From Octopus sinensis (Eukaryota): a stretch of DNA of 64,000 bases. Numbering within the stretch: position 1 is the stretch's first letter; each line of letters starts with the position of its first letter. Made by a program: the position numbers and the translations under genes. Of the stretch, positions 35,951 to 49,890 are shown in pieces. The stretch is taken from assembly GCF_006345805.1 (NCBI RefSeq), contig NC_043000.1:92752001-92816000 (forward strand). Direction: 5' to 3'. The notes below the pieces were generated by a model, which was given only the letters and a program-made list of their open reading frames with translations, was not told the origin of the DNA and made no database searches.

Positions 35951-37355
35951 ATTACAAAAAAAAATTATATTTTTGTTATGTCATCTAATCGTATGATAGA
36001 TATAATTCTTTCTCCACTTAAATCACCTCTATCACCATCTCTAATCATGTTGCTCTCTTTTCACACTGTCATGAACCCACCTACCTGTCCAACCTTCTTG
36101 ATCCCCTGTCTGTATTCATACTTATACTCACCTTTTTGTACCTTGAGGTTATGCTCCGACATCTCATCACCACTATGTCTTTTGTCTCTTAGCAGATGAG
36201 GTAGCCACAAATTTCCTTTACAGCAAGATACCTGTTCCTATCCCTCTATCATTCTGTAACCTCTCAACACCTGGCATAAAGCCACTCCCATCTACTACAC
36301 CCACATTTATTTGAGCTGTCTTTTCTTGTGAGTTACTTGGTAACCTAAATAGCACCAGTGCAGCAAAAATAAAAATAAAATAAAAAGATTAAAGCACTCA
36401 ATACACTTTGTAATGTGGTTTACATTAGGAAAGATATCCAGCCATAGGAACCATAACAAGGTAGACACTGAAGCTTGACATAGTTCTCTATCTAATCAGA
36501 TCTTATTTAAACTCTGACCCATGCCAGCATGGAAGACAGACGTTAAATGGTAATACTGATGATAATGATGAGTGATATTAATTATACCATGAATATTACC
36601 AATAATAATCCCAATGAATAATTATAAAATTACATCTAGTGAGTCAAGGGTTAATTTTTTTCTCCTTTATTTTTTGGTTTCATAATAATTCTTTCGTGAT
36701 TTAAAGGTACATACACATACACATGCATACACACACAACGCAGGCGCATACACACACAACGCACGCGCATGCACACACACACATTACGTACTTTTCATTG
36801 GTTGATGTAAAGACATAGTATTCACTCAATGATAACAAAGGTGAACACATTAATATTAGCTCACTTGAACGAGTTGTCATGGTCTAGGAATTATCTCATT
36901 CTCCATTTCTAAAAAGTCTATACAAGTTTAAATGAATAGTTTTTGAGAAACTTTTTGGGGTCTTTTTTTACTATTTTTTTTTTAATCAGATAAAGGATGA
37001 AGACTTTTTGGTTAATTTTCTATGGTTAATTTGTGGCACAGATTCTTTCATTTAAAAAAAATTTTTTCATTTTTTTTTATATGTTTAACACTAGGATTCT
37101 TTGTTAGCTTATATTTTTAAAAAATTTTATTTATTTTACTTTATAATTCTATTTCATATATATCTTCTTTGATATCATCTTTATCATTACTCTTCTGTTT
37201 CTTTTTGATGTTGTTATAGTTCTTCTCAATCTTCTTCTTCTTCTTCTTGTCATCATTGTCATCACCACCACCACCACACCTTCATCGTCATCATCATTCT
37301 CATCATTATCATCATCATTCTCATCATCATTATTATTGTTGTTGTTGTTGCTGTT

Positions 37356-37562
37356 AAGGCTGCAAGCTGGCAAAATTGGTAGAGTGCTAGACGAAATGCT
37401 TAGCGGTATTGAGCTTGTTATTATGTTCTGAGTTCAAATTCTTCTGAGGTCGACTTTACCTTTCAGATTTTTGGGGTCAGTTAAATAAGTTGAGCCCTAG
37501 AGTTGATGTAATCAACTAGTCCCCTGCCCCCAAATTTCAGGCCTTGTGCCTATAGCAGAAAT
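37356..37562 (+). mobile_element. SINE family B
   Basis: Family-B head and core followed by (TTG)(TTA)n. Confidence 0.75.
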
Positions 37563-37579
37563 GATTATTATTGTTGTTG

Positions 37580-37635
<56 letters not shown>

Positions 37636-38190
37636 GAGTGAGAGAGCAGTGCATGTCATCAAATTGACACTGGGGTAAAATATATGAAGCCCAGTATACC
37701 CATCATGACTACCCATATGATAAGGGTACACTAGGCACATGCATCATAACTGTATGTGCATGACATGTTGATCTCATATCAAGATAAACAGCGCATGATT
37801 TTGCAGGTGCGGCCCTGTTAGAATTTTCTTCTGATCAAGTAACCCATCCCACTCAACAGGTCCCTGAATAAGGGTTGTTTAAGTATGTTGAATGGAACAC
37901 CCATGTTTCCAGAGGTGAATTATTCAAAGGTCAAAGAATCTCTCTCAACACATGGCTATGATGCTCCCCCACTACTTCTGCTCATGATCAGAGATGCACA
38001 TATCGTCAGCCACTAAGGGACATGCTCAACTGGTTATGGTCAAACAACTGACAAACAAATTTGTGGTATTGAGCAGAATATTTGCTATAGCCCATCTTTT
38101 ATACCAAGACAAAACAATGTACACGATAACACTTCCAGTCAATTAAGATCAGAAGCCACGAGAGCCACTACCTGGTACTGCATCAGTGCA
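37636..38190 (-). mobile_element. element E, second full 555-bp copy in (TTA)n
   Basis: Reverse complement of 17710-18264 end to end. Confidence 0.85.
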
Positions 38191-38228
38191 ATTATTATTA
38201 TTATTATTATTATTATCATTATTATTAC

Positions 38229-38259
<31 letters not shown>

Positions 38260-38286
38260 GTTATTATTATTATTATTATTATTATT

Positions 38287-39298
38287 CTGTTTGACTTTTG
38301 CTTTATGTCTGTACAAGTTGGCTCCAAGTCTCACCCAGAGACCTCAAGAGACAACAGGTTGGAAGTTCACGTTGTTGTTATGCCTAGTGTGCCATATATT
38401 TGGGGTTTTTTTGTGTTGTACTAGTGAATGTCTAATACATAAAAAAAAAAAAAACTTTTGTTTTAAACCTTGGGATTACATAGATAGTATTTTGCGTAGG
38501 ATATGAGCAGTTCCTATGAGCACTATCTTTTGAATTTCTGCCATTTTGGGGTTTCCTGGTATCTGAGTTAGGTAGCAATCAGTCCCTTTCGCTATCATTC
38601 CCAGGGCACCTATGACAACAGGTATTGTTTTAGTCTTCAGCTTTCACATTTTGCTAATTTCTGTTTCAAGATCTTTATATTTGCTCAGTTTTTGGTAGGT
38701 CTTGACAGATACGTTTATATCGATTGGGAAAGTCATATCAATGAGGAGGCATGTTCTTTGTCTGAAGTCTTTCACTATGATGTCTGGCCTATTTGCATCT
38801 ATCTTTCTGTCAGTTTGAATGGTGAAGTTCCAGAGGAGTGAGATGTGGTCATTTTCAAGCACTGGAGCTGGATTGTGTTCCCACCAGTTTTTTTAATGGG
38901 CAAATCCAGGTTTTTACAAATTACCCAGTGAATATATTGTGCAGCTCTATCATGCCTGTTGAGGTACTCTGTAGGCGCTAGAAGACTGCATTTGGAGACA
39001 ACATGATCAATGGTTTCATTTTGTTGTCGGCATACACGACATGTTGGGCTACTGCCGTTCTTTAATATGTTGGCCTGGTAGTTTCTTGTTGGTAGGCATT
39101 GATCTTGAGCTGCTATGATAAACCCTGCTGTTTCAGATTTTAAGCCAGAGGCCATTAGCCATTGATGGGTCAGGGCTTTGTCAATATCTGCATTATTCGC
39201 TCTCTTTGGGTATTTGCCATAGAGAGGTTTTTCTTGCCATTTATTATTCAGAATATCTAAGGCCACAGTTTTGGCACGGGTTTTCATGTGCCAAAACA

Positions 39299-39299
<1 letters not shown>
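38287..39299 (-). mobile_element. 5'-truncated R4/Dong-type element (family b)
   Basis: WQEKPLYGKY..ETAGFIIAAQDQ..CRVC..ETIDHVVSKC..RHDRAAQYIHW; LLWNFTIQTDRKIDANRPDI; (TTA)n on both sides. Confidence 0.88.
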
Positions 39300-39343
<44 letters not shown>

Positions 39344-39345
39344 TA

Positions 39346-39372
39346 CTAGTGGGCCCTGTGGAAATTCCACAG
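39346..39372 (-). mobile_element. possible Helitron 3' terminus
   Basis: Minus strand: hairpin ctgtggaa-t-ttccacag, then ggcccaCTAG|t. No 5' end located. Confidence 0.35.
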
Positions 39373-40005
39373 AATGAAAAAGATTAAGAGAAGCTATTTA
39401 TGAAAGAAAGGATGATTGTTATTTTCATTTTGCTTAGTTCACTTCCAGTCACAACAACATATTATATGATTTTGAAAGTTCCCTCTGCTAAGCACTTTGT
39501 ATTTCTCTCTTCCTCTCTGCCTCTTCAAGAAACTGTTTAACCATGTAATCCCCTCTTCATTTCTTTAATATTGCTCTCTTTCTCTTTGCCTTTCCCTCCT
39601 CACCTTACAGCACATTATTAACACTTACCTCTTCCACCTTTCTCTTACCATCGTTTCCTTTTGCTCGTTGCTTTTCCCTTCTATTAACCACGTGATGCAT
39701 TTGGCCTTAATGTACTATTATATTCCTTTCTTCTTTCTTCTCTACTCACATTTCTTCCCCCACCTTTCTTTCACTTTTACTCCACCTCTCACTCACTCCA
39801 AGGGCAAACTAACAAGCATATATTAGTATGCAGATGCTTCCATTGTTGTTGTTGATGCTTTGTTTTATATGAGCTATTCCAGTCTCAAACAGAAACCTCA
39901 AGAAACAACAATTTGGACATTTTACTGTGGGTGTTATTTATGAGTAGTAATGATATATTTCTAGGAAACAGGACAAGATTTGATTAAACTTTTTTCTAAT
40001 AATTA

Positions 40006-40414
40006 TACTCTTTTACTCTTTAATTTGTTTCAGTTATTTGACTGCGGCCATGCTGCAGCACCGCCTTTAGTCGAGCAAATCGACCCCAGGACTTATTCTT
40101 TGTAAGCCTAGTACTTATTCTATCGGTCTCTTTTGCTGAACCACAAATTTACGGGGACGTAAACATACCAGCATCGGTTGTCAAGTGATGTTGGGGGACA
40201 AACACAGACACACAAACATACTCACACACACACATACATACACATATATACATATATACAACAGGTTTCTTTCAGTTTCTGTCTACCATATCCACTCACA
40301 AAGCTTTGGTCAGCCCGAGGCTATAGTAGAAGACACTCGCTCAAGGTGCCATACAGTGGGACTAAACCTGGAACCATGTGGTTGGTAAGCAAGCTACTTT
40401 CCACACAGCCACTC
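40006..40414 (-). mobile_element. SINE family A, full length
   Basis: Complete reverse-complement copy. Confidence 0.85.
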
Positions 40415-41049
40415 TGGTTGAAAAATTTTATAAGATCCACATAATTTAATCAATAGTGTTTTCTTAGGATATAGGTTGTACACATTAAAAAAAAATTTAG
40501 TAGTTCTAAATACTTTTGGTTTACCAGGTAACTAATCATTGTATTGTATTTAAAAATTGTAACCCTAAAGCTTGAATGACTACAGGAACCATTGTTCCTC
40601 TGAGATGACTCATTTATAGATATCAATAGAAATTTTCAGACGTTTACGTAGAGGTGTTGCAGTCAACTGAGGTTCACATATCAATAAGCATACATGTCTT
40701 GTCATTGGAATTTTTTTATATATAATCCCAATATCTGGTCTGTTAGTCTAAATAGTTTGATCAGTTTGAATATTAAAGTTCCAACAATTGTGATATTTTA
40801 TTTTCATCTAATTTGGCAGGCTTGTTTCTGTATTTTCCAACATTCAAATTGGTGATTCATTTAATGTAAAAATTTAAATAATAGTCTTTCCAAATATCTT
40901 TCCAAATAATATCTTTCCAAATTCTGATGTGTTTCACATAAATTCTTTGGTCCACCATAGTCATCTTGGTGTATAAGTCAGCCTATCTGTTTTTGGTTTT
41001 CAAATTTTGGTCTGTAATTGCTGGAAAATATGGCATTATTAATATTATT

Positions 41050-41490
41050 TAAGGTGGTGAGCAGGTAGAATTACTAGCAAATCATACAAAATGTTGAGTG
41101 GCATTTCAGACTTTTTACATTCTGGGTTCATATTCCAGTAACATCGATTTAGGCTTTTATCATTTTGGGATTGATGAAATAAGTACCAGTTGAGCACTGA
41201 GGTTAATGTAATTGACTAGCCTTCTCCCACAAAAATTCAGGCCTTGTAACAATAATAGAAGGAAAAAAATTATAAAGGGTCATGATATGGCAGAATCAAT
41301 AACACATTGGACAAAATAAGTGCCAGCATTCTTTCAGGCTTCTGTTCTGAGTTCAAAAACCACCAAACTTGGCTTTGCCTTTCATCTTTTTGGAGTCGAA
41401 AGAATAAAGTACCAGTCACATTTTTGTGGTCGATATAATCGACTTGTCCTGTCCTTGAAAATTGTTGGCTGTGTGCTAAAATTAGAAAGA
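41050..41490 (+). mobile_element. two diverged SINE family B copies in tandem
   Basis: aaggtggtgagcaggtagaa and tggcagaatc heads, each with ctg.gttca..ttt.atc.ttt.gg..aagtaccagt. Confidence 0.65.
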
Positions 41491-41653
41491 TTTATAATTA
41501 ATGTTATCATTAGGCAAGGCTGTGTGGTAAGGAGCTTGCTTCCCAACTATATGGTTCCGGGTTCAGTCCCACTGCATGTCACTTCTACTATAGCTTCAAG
41601 CTAACAAAAACCTTGTCAGTGGATTTGGTAGACAGAAACTGAAAGAAGCCTGT

Positions 41654-41691
<38 letters not shown>

Positions 41692-42556
41692 GGGTGTGGT
41701 GAATACATTGTCATCTAAATTACATAGAAATGAAAATAATACAGACATCTCATTTTAACAGATATATTTACCAGAATTGCATAAAAATATCTTGAAATAC
41801 TAAAGAGTAAATTTATTCAACAAAATCGCCTTTGGTTTCAACCATGGCCTCTAGACGACTTTGAAATTTCCTGCAACACTTCTGGATGGACTCCTTGTTT
41901 AAGTTGATGAATGCTGCTATAATCCTTGCCTTCCATTCATCTTTGGTTTTACAAGAAGTTTTGTTGCTCTCTCGCTCAACTATGCCCCACACATAATAAT
42001 CGAAGGGGGTTGCAACCCGGGGAGTTAGGTGGCCAGATTTTAGGGGTGATGTAGTTGCAGAAATTGTCTGATATCCATAACTGGGTTCTCCTGCATGTGT
42101 AGCATGGTGCAGTGTCTGACATAGGGTGTTCCAGCAGCCACCCTCTTCACCCAGAGCAGCACTACCTCCTCCAGGAACTTGATGTAGGCCTCTATGTTGA
42201 GTATGAGACCATGTAGGAAGATGAATGGAGGCATAACGTCACCATCAGTTGTGATCACTCCAAACACTATGATCTTGACTGGAAGTTTGATTTTTTCACT
42301 CTTGGTACATGTCCTCAGATTGACATCCAAACACTCTGCCATGTTTGTTTGTATTGAAGCTTCCAGCATGAATGCTAGGTAGTAGATCCTGTCATTTCGG
42401 AATTTGTGGCAGAGTGAATTGCATCATGGTGCTGTTTTTCTCACAGACGGTGCCCAACTGACCCTACTATACTATGTACTCAGCAAAATTAAAAACAAAC
42501 ATTGTGCATGCATGAAATAAAAAATATAAAATGGCAACAATTTACCCATCGCACCC
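41692..42556 (-). mobile_element. internally deleted maT/DD37D (Bmmar1-like) transposon in (TA)n
   Basis: TA-flanked imperfect TIRs gggtgtggtgaa / catcgcaccc; IVFGVITTDGDVMPPFIF..WVKRVAAGTPYV and WPPNSP.CNPL. Confidence 0.75.
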
Positions 42557-42564
42557 TATATATA

Positions 42565-42613
<49 letters not shown>

Positions 42614-42879
42614 CCCTGTAAATATAATTGAGGCTTTGTGGATCTCAGAGTTAATTTTTTATTCTTATTTTTAGCAATTGCTGGAGTAATTTTGCGCCCA
42701 TTATTTATTAATTTCTTTTGGGTTTTTAATTGCTAGCTACACATACTATAATGTGTTCAATACATCTTAATATATTAATACATCATTGTAGTATCTTCTT
42801 GTAGTGATTATATACATGTGTGTATGTGTGTATATATATAAATATATATATATATATATGTATGTATGTATGTATAAGC

Positions 42880-43684
42880 AAAACTGCTAGTTCTAAAATC
42901 TGTCTAGGAGATCAACCAGTTAAGACAATCTTTTGTACTTCCTGTAGGGATGGTAAGCCGGGGATCATTCTTAGATAATTTTCAGTTCCTTTTTTGATCA
43001 TTCCAAGTCCTCTTACCATCACTTTTCGATTTTGATGACCAAATCTTTGTATTTTCTGAGCTTATCAAATTCCTTTACCACAATATACTTATGTCAATCA
43101 ACAGACTTTATTGTTTTGGTATTTCACAATGATATCTGGTTTGTTTGCTTTTATGGTCCGTTTTGTATATACTGGGAAGTTTCAAAGAGTAGTTACATTT
43201 TCAGCCTCAGGGTGGTGTTTGTACCATTTGTCAGTAGTTTTTGATTTTATAATACTGATACATTATCCAGTGTAGATGTTGGCCAACTCTGTCATGACTT
43301 GATTTGTACACTACAGGTGCTAAAATCTTACATCCAGAGATTAGGTGGTCGACTGCTTCTACCCCATCGTTGCAGTATCGGCACATTGGGTCTACAACAT
43401 TTTTCCTCACATTGGCTTGGTAGTTCTGTGTCAATAAACTCTGATCTTGAGCAGCCAAGATAAAGCCTTCACTCTCTGCCTTCAGCTCTGAGATCCATAG
43501 CCACAGATTGGTGTGCTTGTTTGCTACGGGCCACATATTTGCCGTGCAGAGGTTTTTGTTCCCACCTAGCAGCTAATTATTCAAATGGATTTTGCTTTGC
43601 TATTGATTTAATTTTCTTTGCAACTACAGTTGCTGCTCTTCCATCATGCTATTCAACCAGGTTTAAATATTTTGCTCTAATTAC

Positions 43685-43685
<1 letters not shown>
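42880..43685 (-). mobile_element. degenerate 5'-truncated R4/Dong-type element (family d)
   Basis: ELKAESEGFILAAQDQSLLTQNYQ..CRYC..AVDHLISGC..HDRVGQHLHW; 5' end abuts (TTA)n. Confidence 0.8.
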
Positions 43686-43744
<59 letters not shown>

Positions 43745-43775
43745 CATTATTATTATCATCATTATTATTGTTATT

Positions 43776-43960
43776 AAGGTGACGAGCTGGCAGAATCATT
43801 AGCATGCAAGGCAAAATGCTTAGCCACATTCCATCTGTCTTTATGTTCTGAGCTCAAATTCCACCAAGGTCAACTTTGCCTTTCATCCTTTCAGGGTCGA
43901 TAAATGAAGTACCAGTTATGCAGCCCTAAATTTTCAGATCTTGTGCCTATTGTAGAAAGA
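43776..43960 (+). mobile_element. SINE family B between TTA tracts
   Basis: Family-B head and core. Confidence 0.78.
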
Positions 43961-44678
43961 ATTATTATTATTATTATTATCATTATTATTATAATCATCA
44001 TCATCATCATCATCATCATCCTCGTCATCATTATTATTATTATCATTATTATCATCATTACTATTATTTTTATTTTTATTTTTATTATTATCATCATTAT
44101 TGATGCTGTTGACTCAGTTGTTAATATCATCATCATCATCATCATCACCCTCAACATCGTCAACATCATCCTTTGTTGTTATGCATTTTTTTCTCTAATT
44201 TAACAAGGATGAGTGATAGCCTACATTCCTATGCTTCCTTGGTTTTTACATCAGTTTTTATCATTTACCATATTTATTTTATTATTTTATTTGTATTTAC
44301 TTTATAATTTTTTTTTCTTATTTCCTTAGTTATGTGGTATATTCATTGACATTCATTTATCTAATCGTTGTACATAGCTGCTGGTGCTGCTACTACTACT
44401 ACTACTACTACTAATACTATTACTATTACCACCATTGTCACCCCATACTACTAGTACTACTACAACCTTTGCCCCTCCTCTAATGATACTATTACTAATA
44501 CTACTGCTACCACCATCACCACCACCCTCATCCCCACTACTACTACTACCATCACCGTTGCCACCCCACCTCCCCCACAACTGCTACTATAACTAATACT
44601 ACTATCACTACTATCACTACCACAACCACCACCTCTGCTACCTCCACCTCCACCACCACCGCCACCACCACAACTACA

Positions 44679-44718
<40 letters not shown>

Positions 44719-45191
44719 ACTTATCAATGGTGTCAGATTAGAAAATATTAGCTCAAGTTTTAGTAGCAGCATTGTATATACGTTTGTTTTTCTACAAAGA
44801 ATGCTCACTTAAAATGTCATAACCAGTTATCCATTAAAACATTAAAGAAATGTATGTATGTGTGTGTATGTGTGTGTGTATGTCTATTGTGAATTTGAAA
44901 TATGCAAATGTGTGTGAATATATAACAATAATGATAATAAAAATCATTTGTTCTATAAGCTCATCACCAGAAATTTTGTGGGAGGGAACTAGTTGACTAC
45001 ACCACCCCAGGCCTTGGCTGGTATTTAATTTATTGACCTCAAAAGGGTGAAGGGCAAAGTTGACCTTGTAGGAATTTGAACTCAGAATGTGTCAGAAGAA
45101 ATGCTACGAAGATTTTATCCAGCACAGTAATGATTCCGCTATTTGCTGCCTCAAAACAATGATGATGGCTACAGCAAAGGTTGTGTTCAAT

Positions 45192-45615
45192 ATCACAGAT
45201 TTGCTCCTCAGTTGCTTGACTTTAAACAGTTGAGTATGTCCCTTGGTGGTTGATGATATGTGCATCTCTGCAGAGGTAGTGGTGGGGGAGCATCATAACC
45301 ATGTATTGAGAGGAAGTTTTTGGGGTTTGCATAATTCACTTTTGGAAACGTGGGTGTTTTATTCATCATCATTAGACAAACTTTATTCAAGGACTTCTTG
45401 AGAAGGGTGGGGCACTCAAACTGAAGAAGATTGTAACTGGGTTCCGCCTGCAAGGTCATGTACTGTTTATCTTGATATGAGATCACCATGTCATGCACAT
45501 ATGGTTGTGATGCATATGCTGGTGTACCTGTATCAGACAGTTTGTCATGATGAATATATTGGGCTTTGCATATTTGTATCTCAGTGTCACTTTGATAGCA
45601 TTCCAGTGCTTCTCT
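45192..45615 (+). mobile_element. element E, 5'-truncated diverged copy
   Basis: Homology to 17835-18255. Confidence 0.7.
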
Positions 45616-45796
45616 GGTACTTATTTTATCGATCCCAAAAGATGAAAGACGAAGTCAACCTCAATGGAGTTTGAATGCAGAATATGAACATGGCTGAAAT
45701 GCAGCTAAACATTTTGCACAGTATACTGACAGATCTGCCAGCTTGCTGCCTATAAATAATAATAATAATAATAATAATAATATAATAATAATAATA

Positions 45797-45882
<86 letters not shown>

Positions 45883-45898
45883 GTTGTTGTTGTTGTTG

Positions 45899-46235
45899 TT
45901 GAGACCCCCTTCGGTAATGAATGACCATGGGATTGCATCTAGAAAGTTACCCTCTGAGGCACAAGTCCGAGCAAGGTTATTTATGGAAGGCCATCAGTCA
46001 CCCATGCATACCAGCCTCCCCTCTCCACACCACTGAAGCTATCCAAGGGAAAGGCAAGGGCCGATACAACTTGACACCAGTGATGTCTCAACTCATTTCT
46101 ACAGCTGAGTGAACTGGAGCGATGTGAAATAAATTGTCTTGCTCAAGAACGCAACATGCAGCCCGGTCCGGGAATCAAACTCACAATCTCACAATCATAA
46201 GCTCGACACTCTAACCCCTGAGTGATGCGCCTTCA
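45899..46235 (-). mobile_element. SINE family C, full length
   Basis: Minus head gtgaaggcgcatcactcagggg ttagagtgtcgagc..gagtttgattcccgg; (AAC)(AAT)n tail. Confidence 0.8.
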
Positions 46236-46348
46236 CATATAATAATAATAATAATATAGTAATAATATAATAATAATAATAGATAATAATAATAATAATA
46301 ATCATAATAAAGATAATGATGATGATGATAATAATAATAATAATAATG

Positions 46349-46389
<41 letters not shown>

Positions 46390-46419
46390 CATAGTGATGA
46401 TGATGATGATGATGATGTA

Positions 46420-46525
46420 CCTTGCTACTAAAAGCATGAGGCCTGAAATTTATGGGAACGTAGCAATAGGCAAAATACTGCTAAGCATAGCCCAGCATGC
46501 TAATGATTCTGCTAGCTTGCTGTCT
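46420..46525 (-). mobile_element. SINE family B remnant
   Basis: ctaagcatagcccagcatgctaatgattctgctagcttgctgtctt is the reverse of the family-B head. Confidence 0.55.
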
Positions 46526-46588
46526 TAATAATAATAATAATAATAATGATATAATAATAATGATAATAATAATAATGATAATAATAAT

Positions 46589-46908
46589 AATGGAGAAACT
46601 CTCAAAATACAAAGACCTGGAAATAGAGGTAACTAGAATGTGGAATCTGAAAACAGAAACAATTCCTATCATAGTAGGTGCATTAGGCATGATAAAAAAA
46701 TATTCAGACAAATACATAACAAAAACACCAGGACTTACAAACACATATAACATACAGAAAATTGCACTACTAGGCACTGCACACATCCTACGCAGAACAC
46801 TTTCCATACAATAACCATCAGAGCATCACAACAAATCACAGCACATACCCAAGGCACACAGAGCTGCGCTCGGTAGTGAAGTGAAAGCACGCTATAAAAA
46901 TAAAACTA

Positions 46909-46911
<3 letters not shown>
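46589..46911 (+). mobile_element. 5'-truncated copy of R4 family a in (AAT)n
   Basis: Near-identical to the reverse complement of 26122-26445; same 3' end actactg|aataat. Confidence 0.92.
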
Positions 46912-46942
<31 letters not shown>

Positions 46943-47264
46943 GTAGTAATAATAATAATAATAATAACAATAATAATATTAATGATAATAATAATAATAA
47001 TAATAATAATATAATAATAATAATAATATTTTTATCATCCACAAAGAGTTGAAGAGATACATAAAATATAAAATTTTCACAAGGGTTTACAAAGAAAAAC
47101 TGGTTAATGTGCTCTATGAAAAAAGGAAACGTGCTTACAAATTTCACAGAGTGGAAGTAAATGACATCATACAATATATGGAAGGGCATATCAAAATGCT
47201 ATATGTGTACACCCACATACATATGCATGCCAGTAAGTATATACATTTATACTGGTATATATAT

Positions 47265-47477
47265 ATTTCTTTACTACCCACAAGGGGCTAAACACAGAGG
47301 GGATAAACAAGGACAGACAAACAGATTACATCGACCCCAGTGCGTAACTGGTACTTAATTTATCGACCCCGAAAGGATGAAAAGCAAAGTCGAATTTGAA
47401 CTCAGAGCGTAACGGCAGATGAAATACCGCAAAGCATTTCACCCGGCATGCTAACGTTTCTGCCAGCTCGCCGCCTT
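47265..47477 (-). mobile_element. SINE family B, well-preserved copy
   Basis: CpG-rich: ggcggcgagctggcagaaacgttagc..ctgagttcaaattcgactttgc tttcatcctttcggggtcgataaattaagtaccag. Confidence 0.85.
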
Positions 47478-49462
47478 CATATCTATATACCTTATATCTA
47501 TATACCTTATACAGGTATATAGATAAAAATACATACTTGCATAGAAAGAAATTAAAAAATGTACAATAAAATATATAATATTTAAAATGAAATATAATTT
47601 AAACTGTTTGATATTAACCCCTCTGAAACCTTGCTTGGTTTTATAATACAAATTCTCTTTTGAAATAATCTCAGGTAAAATCTTTCATCAGAATTTCATG
47701 CTTATTTAAGTTCCAAACTCCAGCTTAATAATGATATAGTTATTTTGATATATTCTTAACTTTCAAAGCTAATTAATACAAAAAAATACGTATTTCAACA
47801 GAAATGTTTTAACAAAAAGCTTTAAAAAAATAAGGCAAGCAAGTTTTCTTCTCAGTTTAAGACAGGCATTCTGGGACCTAAATTACTTAAATTTTGTTCA
47901 GGTGCAACCAAATGCACTAGTAAGTATTTTTTTAGGTATTTTATGTTGTAAAACACCAATATTTTGAGGGTATTTGTTTTTACTTTTTCCTCCAAATAAT
48001 ATTTAATGGTTTCAGTGGAATTTTCTCTGTAATAATGTTTCTGACCTATGATAAAAATTTAACCCATAAAACAGTAATTGATACTGAATATCTTTGATTT
48101 TGCATGCAATGGCTAAAATGATTTCTTCCATGATGTAATGGTTTCTGTTTCTCTGTGTGATTTTTTATGTATGTCCCCTGCCACCATTTGACAACCAGTG
48201 TTGATTTGTATGCATTCCCATATCTTAATGATTCAATGAGACAGATATGACAAATACTAGGTTTTAATTACAATACTAGTATTGATCTCTTTAACTAAGC
48301 TCTTCAAAGCAGTGTCCTGGCAAGGCTACAATTCAATGACTGAAATAAATTAAAGCTAAAAGCTAAAAGATATATGCAAATAGATAAAGTGACAGAGAGT
48401 CAGGAGGAAAAATAGGTAGATAGATAGATAGATCATCATCATCATCGTTTAACATCCACTTTCTATGCTTGCATGGGTTGGACAATTTGACTGAGGACTG
48501 GTGAACCAGATGGCTGCACCAGGCTCCAATCTGATCTGGCAGATAGATAGAGAAATAGAAAGACTGACAAATAGATAGATAGATATATAGATGGATATTT
48601 CAAATTTATATGACATTAAAATACAATACATATTTACAAAATAAAGCTAGCAATGGCAAATATCTTTAATTAGCATAGCTGGTTAGAAAATGGGACTTTT
48701 CTACCATTCTTGAATTGTGCTTGCAGAATATGGAAAAGAAAAAAAGAAATAGCATGGAATTCGCTATTTTGTAGCCATTGTAAACTATGATTATACAAGG
48801 GTTGCAATGAGATGATGACCACGTTGGCAACAAAGGATTTTGAATATAACAGATGTATTGGTAAAGTTAGCAATGAGACTCATTGAAACGAATTCCTTGA
48901 AATACACAAGAGGATACCTAGAAATAGCTGACAGCCTTTGCTATCAGAGTTTTTTGTTTCTCATGAGAGCATCTGGGACTATATTATCCAATAAGTCCCT
49001 CTCTATTTTGAGGCAGGAATGTGAACTTTTAGTTTCTGTATACCTAATCCACTCATACAGGCGTGGCACAGGGCTATAGTAGAAGACACTTGCCCAAACT
49101 AACACACTGCGGGACTGAACCTAGAACCATGTAGCTTAGAAGCAAATTTCTTACCACACAGCCACACCTGGCTTAATGGTTAGGGTACTGGACTCACGAA
49201 TGTAAGATTGTGGTTTTGATTCCTGGACTAGGCGATGTATAATGTTCTTGAGCAAAATACTTCATTGCATGTTGCTCCAGTCCACTCAGCTGTAGAAATG
49301 AGTGTAGCCTGGAGAGGGATGTGCTCCACCAGGCTTTCTTGTCCAAGATATGCTACATGGCTGCAACATCCATACTATCCACCAAGGAGTTATGGAACTC
49401 GTCATTCTATTTGAAGCTGTTTAGATAATGATGTAGAAGCTCCACCACTTATTTTTTCTCTC

Positions 49463-49890
49463 ATTCTTTTATTCTTTTACTTGTTTCAGTCATTTGATTG
49501 AGGTCATGCTGGAGCACTATCTTAACCCTTTTGATACCAACCCGGCTGAAACCGGCTCTGGCTTTATAATAAAAACGTCGTGATTTCGTAAGTTTTGAAT
49601 TAAAATCTTCCACCAGACCTTAGTCACAATTTATGTTCCTAACACTAGCTGAATGATAACTAAGTTATTTTACTAAATTCTTTGTTATATTCAAAGTAAT
49701 TGAAAGACACACAGAGCATCTCAAAATAAATACAGTAACGAAAGGGTTAAAGGATTTTTTAGTCAAAGAAATCGATGCAAGGACTTATTCTTCACAAACC
49801 TAGTACTTATTCTGTTCGTTTCTTTTGCTAAACTGCTAAGTTACAAGGGCATAAGCACACAAGCATCAGTTGTCAAGCAATGGTTGGGGA
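49463..49890 (-). mobile_element. SINE family A 3' half, interrupted by a piggyBac MITE
   Basis: The SINE sequence resumes after the duplicated TTAA. Confidence 0.75.
49522..49750. mobile_element. piggyBac-type MITE, copy 4 (opposite orientation)
   Basis: TTAA-CCCTTT...AAAGGG-TTAA inside a SINE, showing the TTAA TSD. Confidence 0.85.

Noticed and set aside
45752-45895. (AAT)n directly abutting (TTA)n, forming a microsatellite palindrome
   Set aside because: Explained by tracts belonging to two neighbouring SINEs; no separate system needed.
48700-49000. Possible RTE-type LINE remnant (GYLEIADSLCY)
   Set aside because: Single short motif amid many stops; too weak to list.
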